Assembly: GCA_964057225.1 (NCBI GenBank)
Contig: OZ059895.1
Coordinates: 16,492,001-16,556,000, forward strand
DNA length: 64,000 nucleotides
From: Auanema rhodensis
Lineage: Eukaryota > Animalia > Nematoda
Reading direction: 5' to 3'
Below are positions 12,951 through 22,623 of this stretch, piece by piece (position 1 is the stretch's first letter; each line of letters starts with the position of its first letter). The position numbers and the translations under genes were made by a program. The notes beneath the pieces were generated by a model. It ran no database searches, was not told the DNA's origin, and saw nothing but the letters and a program-made list of their open reading frames with translations.

Positions 12951-14447
12951 TTAGTTTCGAGATTCAGGTATAATGGTACTGTTAAATATGCTTGTTTTGC
13001 GTGTGGATGACATTTCGTTTCTTTGTTTTCGTTTATCTAATGTAGATGAAGTTGTCATAGCAGCTAAATACAAATTTGAATTGATGAACTTTCTCAATTT
13101 ACTAACTCGTTGATACGGACAATTTGAGTGGATATGTAGCAAACATTTTAAGAATTCCATGTCGTATAGATCTATTGAGGATCAGGTATATATAAGGTGG
13201 AAGACCTGAATAAATTAAAAGTTAAAAAGATTAAAACAATATATACTTGTAGCTAGTTGATAAAATACTCCAGCAAGTTTTTGGAAAGTGATAGGAAATT
13301 CAAAGAAGCCATTCGATAGATATGTCACACCAGCAATGTTGCACAGACTAACCATAATTAAGCATTGAAAATAAAGCTGTACCAAAGATGTTATTGGTAA
13401 AAGATATGCAGATATTACCGCAGCTTGTCGTCGTCGATTGATGACAGAGCCAAAGTTTTCCCTCATATGTTTAGATAAATTGAAACAGAGTAGAACGCTC
13501 AAAAAGCTATTGAATGAAACAATAATAGAGTCATTGAAGATAGATAATGAACTGTAGTACTGGAATAACTTGAATCAATTACCTTTGATAAGAGAAAGAC
13601 CTACTTGAGATGAAGCATTTTCATAAATTTGTGGATCCCAATATGCTAATCCATCTTTTGGGTTAATCAAAAAAGATGGTTCGTGAACGAAATAGTATAT
13701 TCCGATCAATGCAGGTATGCAAATAACAATAGATGTATATTTTCCATTAAAAGTATTTATCAAAAACTTATTCCTGAAAACATTGCTTAGAAAAAAGAAA
13801 TAGAAAATGAGGATCACTGTGTGGCCTTTATGTCAACTAAACGGTTAATGGTTAAAATAGTAGACATCTGTGAGCCTGATAACCAAGCACCTGTAAAACA
13901 AAGTAAAACACAGTACGAACTTCTTAACCTTGAGAGATGTAATATCAAAAACGTTTCTTATATATATCTACCTCCTCCAATGGATCCCGCGATGTATATA
14001 ATATTAGGAGATTCACAGAATGATAGTCCGTAGTAGTATATAGAGCCTTAAAAAAATTCAAAATAATGAAATTTAGCATAAAACCTCTACCGAACACAAT
14101 ACTATTCACAGCAACTCCAATCATATCACAAATAGATAAGGCAACCATAATCTTATATGCCGGATATGAAAAGTTGGCTGGTTCTAACATGACTTTCACG
14201 CAAAGTATGAACAAAATCTTCGAGATTAAAATAGAAAAGTTTCAAGAAGATTCAACTTACTTCGTGTAGTACACCGAGAGTGATACAAGCGCTGCCGTAG
14301 GCATGTGAAGGTTCAGCCAAAGAGTTTTCAATTAGTTCCGGGGTACGAGCACTTAAAAATACTTTATTGAGATATAGACATGATCACAAACCTGCAGTTA
14401 TAAAGAGGATCATTTACAATATTTCCATAACGAAGTATACGATCCAT
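12951..14447 (-). CDS. Srt-family serpentine chemoreceptor, copy 4
   Basis: ATG at 14447 (MDRILRYGNIVNDPLYNCS), TAA at 12951. Srt motifs present. 5' and 3' blocks are near-identical to copy 1. Confidence 0.9.
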
Positions 14448-14697
14448 TATCAAAGTTGTTACTTTCAAGCTTCACAAGAATGTTGATATAAACCATTGCA
14501 GAATTTTATATCACTTAAGAATCTAAAATTCACTTTTTCGACGATACAAATAATCCATAAGTGTAAACATTATAATTAAGTACATTACATCAATGTTATC
14601 GAAAACATTTGCAGACATAGCCACATTGATATTCTATTCAACAGATCAGCTGTATTAGTTATTGAGAAAAGAGTTTTCTAACGTAAACCAAATTGTA

Positions 14698-15044
14698 TAC
14701 GTGAAATATGGGTTGACGTGAACGGTATATGTCCTAATTATGTAAATTTATATTTTAGTTAATCTATTTTTATCATTGGAGCGCGCTACACTTATATTTT
14801 ATTTTGCAAAAGAGTTCTCATGGCAAATCACCAGGAAATGCTAATAGAAACAGTTATACTGCTGTTTCAATACTTTAAGTATATTGTTTTGAAAATCAAA
14901 GAAAAGATTTTAATTTACTTAGAATATGTATTAAAATTTTGAATACAAGTTATAATGTAAAAGTTCACTTTTAGTTGATTAATGACACCTTCACGTGTGA
15001 CTCACGTAAAAGTTCACGTAACTGATACATGACTGGTTCACGTG
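14698..15044. promoter_or_regulatory. CACGTG/TCACGT (E-box-like) cluster
   Basis: CACGTG at 14992 and 15039; TCACGT at 15002 and 15014; ACGTGAA at 14699 and 14716. Lies between the divergently oriented srt copy 4 and the GIY-YIG gene. Confidence 0.5.
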
Positions 15045-16069
15045 TGTATACTAGGTTAACAAGTAGAGTATCCAGCCTATTCCATTATAAACTGGTTAAA
15101 CTAATCTATGTACATTGTTATATTTAAATTTTATTTTGAACCGTTAGCAACATATTCAGAATTCAGAAGGAAATATCGGAAGATAGAGAATGTCCTGTTT
15201 CTTATTCTACATTTTTCAAGAATCTGCCAAGTATTCCATAGCTGATCTTTTCGAATAAATCGGATGTAACCTTAAGGGGCTTTGTCCAAGTTTAAACTTA
15301 TTCCTCAAAGGTTTTTCTATTGAGCATTATATAATATTATGAGGCGGAGATTGACGAGCCTAACAAAGCAGAATCCAGCCTTTTCCTTGCAAAGCTAAGT
15401 TTTAAATTTTCAAACGGAATAAGAGAAAAAATTATAGTTTCAAGAACAAAATCTGTATATAGAATTTAGTAGTAATAATATTTTTGTTAACTTATGTGTA
15501 TTGCACGTGAACCTCATTCAAGTATGTTGTCATTATATTAAATAGAAGCATGATTATGAATACGTTTGCATGCTCCAACGCTAAAAGTATGCTGTTCGGG
15601 GTGGCTATATAGGCTAATAGAAGTTTGAATCGTATTAAAATGCCTATTAATCCATATGTAATAATTAATTAATTGTTTAATTAAGCATTGTTTACTGATT
15701 TATATTTATTTATTTATTGAATCTTTGTTTTTGTATTTTTAGTCAAATAGACTCAATATACGGGGATGTCATGTGAAGATGAATCATCGAATATTGATTT
15801 TTCAAGAGAAAGATGAATCATCAGCAAGTTGTTGAATTAAATAGAAAATCTTTATAGCCCATGTAGCGTTATCAAAGAAAAGATAAACTGAGCATGACAA
15901 ATAGTATTTCGACCCATATGAGCTATCAATATTTGTCAGAGTATTGTTTCTCAATCAGTTAGTTAGTGGTTTGATAATTTGAGAATTTGATTACTTAAAT
16001 TGTCAACACTTTTCCTTTCGTATTTTCTTAATTTTCATGAATATAATTAAAAATATTTCATAGTTAACT

Positions 16070-17514
16070 ATGCGTTGCTATTGCAATAAAATTGCTGGTT
16101 CTTGTGTTTGTGAATCGACATATGTCGTTTATAAATTGAAATGTAGAGCATGTTTTCAATGCTATATCGGTAAGGTCAAAGTTAGGCTAATCACTTCACA
16201 TTCATGTATTCAGGAAAAACTAAACGTGCTTTCTGGATTCGCATAGCAGAACACATGAAAGGTCTTCTTCGATATAATGGAACTACACTTGCTAATCATA
16301 AGGTATAGTTAATATGATTACCTACCTATATGTTTATTCTTAATTTATTTTTGTTTATTCTCAATATTTCAGTGTCAACTAGGCTTTGAAATTCAAGTTT
16401 TAGCCCGTTCTCAACCGAATTCCAAAGCGTTAGGTATATTGGAAGAAAAAATGATGAACGTAGGTTGAACTTTTTAACATGTTATTGCAAATATTATATA
16501 CGGTAGTGGAATATACTGTACTTCGTAATATGCACGAGATTTGAACTTACATATACATTAGATTAGTTATTACTGGGTTACGGTATTTCACTGTTTTATG
16601 GATTACTGTATATCTACCCTTTGACCTTATTGGTCCTACCTCTTCCTATTAAATAAAAAAAGAAAGTGAAAGAAGTTTTGAATGATTAGTGCAATGATGT
16701 TGAAATAGAGATAATATTCGTGGCACTAAAGTGAAATAATTTGTATAATTACATGTTAAAAACAAAGAAATTAAATTTTTATATTTCTTTATCAATTTCA
16801 TATTAGAAAATTGATAAAGCTTACAAGAAGAAGCTTTTGTTCTAGGTTGGAAGATACCCCACCCCTCTATGACGTAAGTATAAGAGAAAAGAAAAGCATT
16901 CTTTAAAGATATTGAAAGATTATAATTATAATTTTTAATTTTCGAATAACGATAATAGAATGTCTAGCAAATTATATTCTTTATATAGTTAAATATATTA
17001 TAAAATAATGAAGACTTTATAGAAATATAAGCCAAGAATCAACATCAAAAACGAGAAAAAGGCTCAAGAAGAAGCAGCTCGATTGGGGATGGCTTTACGC
17101 GATGTAAGTAACTTCTACCAATATGATCAGCTTTTTTTTGCAAATTTAGAAAGGTCTTTGTAAACCTTTTGATAAACTCCGCGAAGCGAATGAAGATAAT
17201 GAAGATCAATTTGAATATTGGGTAAGTATTCTAAGAAGGATGAGTAGATAAATGATTTTATGTGTATTAGATTGGATCTCCTGATTTTGTATCATCACAA
17301 GTTGATCGTGAAGATGATGCTAGTTCTATAACAGAAGAAGAAGCTAGTAAGTTGCACTTTGAGGAATAGCATGATGAATGATCTGTTACAGGTAAATTCA
17401 CGGAAGGAGAACAATATTGTATTTTCAGTAGATATGACGTGAGTTTTGAAAAAAAATCTAAAATGTGATAGTTCTTTCATTTAGTTGCAAGCTCTAAGGT
17501 CTATTCTTGCTTAG
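16070..17514 (+). CDS. Stand-alone GIY-YIG endonuclease of the Penelope-like-element (PLE) type, 8 coding exons, 193 aa, with acidic C-terminal tail
   Basis: Exons 16070-16169, 16214-16302, 16373-16459, 17023-17103, 17150-17221, 17271-17346, 17392-17438, 17485-17514. All introns are GT-AG; total 582 nt, open frame. Product: MRCYCNKIAGSCVCESTYVVYKLKCRACFQCYIGKTKRAFWIRIAEHMKGLLRYNGTTLANHKCQLGFEIQVLARSQPNSKALGILEEKMMNKYKPRINIKNEKKAQEEAARLGMALRDKGLCKPFDKLREANEDNEDQFEYWIGSPDFVSSQVDREDDASSITEEEASKFTEGEQYCIFSRYDLQALRSILA. Motifs: VVY-x3-C-x2-C-x3-YIG-x-T-x-R, R-x2-EH, LE, P-x-IN. Confidence 0.88.
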
Positions 17515-17766
17515 TCATTTGACTCATGTAATTAAGCTAAAGCAACTAGAGTTATTTTCTCTGACGTAAGCAACTCATGTTGTGTTTTTGGGGAGAATCA
17601 AGGTTGATAATCGTTTATTTGTTACAACTTCATTTGAGATAATCAGTATGATGATCTAAGGCGAAAACGGAGTGCTCCAATGCGAATAACATCGAATGTG
17701 CAGTGTGATCAGTGTATTTAATGTTTTGTTTATACACATATAACATGACTTCGATACAGATAAATG

Positions 17767-17772
17767 AATAAA
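17767..17772 (+). terminator. Candidate polyadenylation signal of the GIY-YIG gene
   Basis: AATAAA ~250 nt after the stop codon, just before the stop of the convergent GPCR gene at 17819. Confidence 0.45.
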
Positions 17773-17818
17773 TAATTAAAGTTTAACCAAGAAATCTTTA
17801 GTCTATAATTAGAAATTA

Positions 17819-19880
17819 TTAGAGTGAGATAGTCAATCCTTGAGGCCTTTCCTTTTCCGAGGAAAACTGTCTTCTATCCATTAGGTTATTCTGTGGAGTT
17901 ATGTTACCAGTTTTTTCACGGCTTTTCCGTTTACAGAAGAAACGACGATTACTGAACAGTAGGAAACAAGGAATGATCATATCCGGCAGATAACAGAAGA
18001 CATTCCACCAGCTTATGGCAATGATAAGATCAACATTCTTTAAGTTGAGCACACCGATGATTTCAATGGATATTCCCAGCAGCTGAAAAGAATATAGCAT
18101 TTTGATGAGAAGAATCTTCTAACATACCAAATGAACTATTGTCAATACAACAGCTTGAAGTAAGATACCTTTCTTAACATTTGTCATCTTAGGTGATTTC
18201 GACAAATGCGTAACCAAATTCCGCTGTTTTCGTATTTTACAAAGAATCGGAGGATAAAAAATGATTGAAAGCAGAGTAATAAGTATTTGAAATCGTTGAT
18301 ATAACTGAAAAGCTTGTATCAATTTTGAATAACTTGGTAACTGTTGTAAAATCAGTCAAGTTACATGATGTTGTATATAGTCAGAAAGACCAAACACAAT
18401 ATTGCTTTTAAAAAAATTAAAACATCGAAAGTGATAATACCGAATAGTGAGATGTTTGAAGAACGACATCCATATATCCAAAACGTTTCATATAAAATCG
18501 AGAAATTTCGTAATAACGCCAAACAAATATTGATAAGCCAAGAGAAATAATGAAAGCAATTACTACATGAATAAGATATCGGTTACTGTAGTGAAGGGCA
18601 TATTTCTGTTTTTGTTTGAAAAAAAAATGAAAATTACCTGCTAAATAGCAAATCATCTAAACGTGAATTAGTAATTATTGTATATCGATTAGCTGATATA
18701 ATTAAAATCATAAAAAGTAAAAAATTGCTGAGAAAATGATTGGAAATGATTGCTATAACTCCTAGATATTCCGGTACAACATCACCAGTTGTAACAATTG
18801 ATGGGATTGATTTACATGATAGCAGTAATAACGAACGAATAGCTATAGTAAGTGAGCATACCAGAATCATTTTGAAGAATATACTCTGAAAGTATAATGT
18901 TTTAAATAGATTTATTTGTCGTTTGTACTATAAATTTATTTAAATTTAATATCTTATCGCAGTAAAAAACACCTATGACACCGTTACAGTAATCCATGAG
19001 CTACCGTAGGAATACGTAAACTCACACTACAGACGTTAACGTAAAAATACGTAGCCATGCGCAACCTAGGAATACGTATCCTTGCGCTACCGTAGTAATA
19101 CATAATTTTAAACTACGGTAGAAAAAATACCGTAGTGTGAGATGGAGAAAGAGTGCGAATTTTCTTTTTTATATGTTATAATGTAATAAGTATACACGAA
19201 GTTAATTGGATAATTAATAAACATTTAAATATATTTAAACAATATATTTAAATTTCGAAAACATATATATACGTAAATGTATAACAGGCTATTACTAACC
19301 ATGAATTTTTTTTCTAAATTTTCATAATGATATTATATAACTATATATTATAATATCATAAGAGTAGCACCTGACTATAGCATAAGATAGGAAAATTGAT
19401 TAAAAATATCAAAAAACATTATCGTAAAGTTGAAGATTTGAAGTATAGTTGCAGCTTACTAAAGTGATAAACACAACCGTTCAAGTAATATGATTTATAT
19501 AAATACATTACACGTGTTTTCACGTGAAAAAGTGCTGATTTATGCTAATTGGGTAAAAAAAAGCAATTTGAATATTTCAAGTATTAGTAAAGATTTGAAT
19601 TTGAAAAATGATACAAAACGAATAAATATACCTCGTCATATGATTTATATTTAATTATTATATATATTAAAATAATATTAAGTATTATAGATAAGATATA
19701 TACACCGATTGTGATATACAGTATTTCAATTAATACAATTTGTGTTGGAGGCGTAGGTAATGATGCAGGTGCATCAATGATTTCTGAACAAATATGTCGC
19801 CCAGCTATCAAAACTTGACATTCAACACTTGAAGCAGAAACTACGGTTTCTTCATATTGCACAGGACCACAAAATGTCAT
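17819..19880 (-). CDS. Serpentine 7TM receptor (Srx/Srv-like, Srg superfamily); 5' end uncertain
   Basis: Exons ~19890-19632 (Cys-containing N-terminus + TM1), 18885-18638, 18585-18441, 18304-18128 and 18082-17819 splice in frame. Seven hydrophobic segments, ISANRY after TM3, ILLQAV at TM6, LPDMIIPCFLLFSN at TM7. Further upstream exons near 19940-20125 are possible but unresolved. Confidence 0.8.
18985..19141. repeat. Small intronic repeat element with a ~26-nt internal unit and a 10-bp inverted repeat (MITE/Helitron-like remnant)
   Basis: Three degenerate copies of catgcgctaccgtaggaatacgta. CTCACACTAC (19021-19030) and GTAGTGTGAG (19132-19141) are inverted. A related 13-mer occurs inverted near 16600. 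Confidence 0.45.
19470..19526. promoter_or_regulatory. AACACAACCGTTCA 14-mer plus two CACGTG sites (intronic)
   Basis: 14-mer at 19470-19483; CACGTG at 19511 and 19521, 10 bp apart. Confidence 0.5.
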
Positions 19881-20604
19881 GTCTTTACAAGCTTAAATTG
19901 TTTAGCTCGAATGGACAAGCAGTATTGGGTCTGAACTTGAAGTAGCAATGGCTATAAAATTAGAAAAGAGGTATAACAAGCAATGAGTAGTCTAGTCAAG
20001 AAATTAATACAAGGGTTGTGAAGGCTTAGAGCCAGATACAGCATATTCGTGAAATGAGGCGGGAGGAACTAATACGTGCAGGCACATAGATAGCAATTCC
20101 AAATAAAGTTTATCGAAATCATTTTCTGAAAATGTTCTTCGATGTTGTTAATGAATATGATGATGATAACGACTTTGATTGAACTCAAAAATGGAGAATT
20201 TTCTTTAAAATGTTGCTACGAAATGAATGAAAGCAACTTATATTAAATTTTGAAATAACTAATAATATTTGATTTAAGACAGATAAATTTATTTTGTTTA
20301 TAAGCAAGTTACTCATAATACAACGATGATCATGTTAAAAATATGAATGGAGATTCATAGAATGGTTAAACTTAAGCTCTAAGCTGTAATACTTTCTCCT
20401 TACTTACGTCATCAAAGTGTTACTCTTTATATTTGAAATTTCTGATAGGAGATACTCAGAAATAAAAATTCACCATTCCTGTGAAATGTATTTGAGATAT
20501 TTCAATGTTAAACTTATATTTTTAAACTTCCGGGTATCTAATAATCACATAGTTATGAACACTGTTATGGAAAATTTAACAATAAAAAGGCATACAGAGA
20601 GTGA

Positions 20605-20608
<4 letters not shown>

Positions 20609-20672
<64 letters not shown>

Positions 20673-20673
20673 A
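20609..20673 (+). repeat. (GA)n microsatellite
   Basis: About 30 GA units read directly. Confidence 0.95.
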
Positions 20674-20994
20674 ATTTTGATTATTATCAGAATGTTGTTG
20701 TTGTTTATATCAACCATATACAAACATATGAATAACAACTAAAAACTTTAGAATAGAATATGATTGATTTGAAATTCCTTATTGGATTGAATACAAGCTT
20801 ATAACTCTATTGAATTCCTTCAGTTTACGATTGTCATTTGAAACAATCAGAAATATAATTTTGAATTGAGATCGAAGTTAAAAAAGACAAAAAACAGAAA
20901 TGTAAGCGATAACTTCCGTCTTTTAATATGCTGAAGTTGGCAAAAACTTGAGCATTTCTTCCAATATGCGATAAGTTTATGAAATAGAACTTAC

Positions 20995-21279
20995 GTTAGT
21001 ATATTGTTTTTGTGATAATTTAATAAAAAATATAATAATAATATTAGTTGATATAGTTGAAAAATGAATAATTGTTGATATATAATAAGTTAGCATAATA
21101 GTATCATCTATTGGATTTGTATTAATATTTGGGTTTGAGTTTGATGTTGAATAAGCGATCAGTGATTGAACACGACTATAGGGTACGGTATGAGTTACTG
21201 TATCCTGAGCATTTGAATCACTCACATACAATGTGATTGAGAATATTGAATCACTATCTTCATCAGTGATCATAGCCAT
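20995..21279 (-). CDS. Orphan or alternative first exon encoding an N-terminal segment plus one TM helix (TM1-like)
   Basis: 95 open codons, MAMITDEDSD...LTYYISTIIHFSTISTNIIIIFFIKLSQKQYTN, ending at a perfect phase-0 donor (AAC/gtaagt). No second 7TM body found downstream. Confidence 0.5.
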
Positions 21280-22523
21280 CGATGATCACTGATGGAGAAA
21301 CTTGGAGGACAAAGATCTTTTGAGAGAAAGAATGTGAAGAAAAGGCTTTTTTATCACATATGATGTGAATGTTACAGTATTTATGTGATATGTCGAAATA
21401 ACGATGAATTGAAGATTGTGGGGTGGTATATAGAAAGCTTGTTAGCTAAATGGGCGGAGAGGGTAATAAGGGGGGGAAGGAGGAAGGAGAGAGGAGGTAG
21501 GGTAAGAGGTAGTGATATACACTATATCGCAAGAGCATAATGATTAAATATATGAAAATCAATGTTTATAATAGTGATTGAAATCAAAACTTAGAGCAAA
21601 AACCAGAAATACTTTAATAACTATATCATATATTCAATATATTATATACGTTAATATTAAAAATAAATTAAAAGCTTTGAGATAAATCCATTTGATCTAA
21701 TGTTTTAATACTCAATAGATATGCTAACTAGCAATTATAAGATTGAAGAATCCAAAATACATTCATAGAATGAAAACATTGAATATGAAATTTGAGAATT
21801 TGTCGTTAAGCATGACGAGCGGGTGAAGGTTATCAGATAAGCTACACAGAGCTTAATGCTGAAAAGACGATTAGGAATACCATAAATAGTTATTTTCTAC
21901 TAACTTATACTAACTTCTATAAGATTTTTTTATATATTTTTTTATTTTTTAAAAAGAACTTTCGATATTATATGTGATAATATATATTTTTCGGTAAACC
22001 ATTAGGTCGTTATACTTAACTTAATTTCTTTTCTGCTATTGCAAGCCAATATTAATTGAATTTAACGAAAAAAAAGTAAAATATTTCTAAATTATATATA
22101 TATATATATAGTATATAGTATATATATATATATATATATATCAATTATATAGAGAATACTGACTATGAAATATAAACTATATAGTTATGTTAGAAGATAA
22201 TTTATAAACAAAATTATATGTTTATTGCTTATAATTATCGATAAAAAATTAATTTTGCGGTAGATAATATGCTAACTATATATGAAATATAAAAAAGAAA
22301 AAGCTGGAGACATATCTATAAACATATAATTAGAGATTGACTCACATATAGTTATGGTTTTGAAACAGTTTAGTCCACTTTCACAACTAATATTTGATAA
22401 CAAACTATATGAATCTTGTATCTCATTCGATGATATTCTTAATATAAATTGTATTTTGTTGAACTCTTCTATCAAATTTATGCAAAATATATAAATTAGC
22501 ATATTATATTATGCTTGTTAAGT

Positions 22524-22623
22524 CAAGTCACGTGAATCAACATCACGTGACTTGCACGTGAGTTTACAATTCAAGAATTCAGTTTTCATTTTCATTTCGG
22601 AATCACGTGTGAACGGTTGTGTT
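22524..22623. promoter_or_regulatory. Dense CACGTG cluster with a 12-bp inverted repeat and the 14-mer
   Basis: CACGTG at 22529, 22544, 22555 and 22604. Inverted repeat CAAGTCACGTGA-7 nt-TCACGTGACTTG. TGAACGGTTGTGTT (reverse complement of the 14-mer) at 22610-22623. Confidence 0.55.

Noticed and set aside
14500-16060. Reverse transcriptase ORF upstream of the GIY-YIG domain
   Set aside because: No long frame or YxDD-type motif found in the segments I translated. The available space is short and stop-rich.
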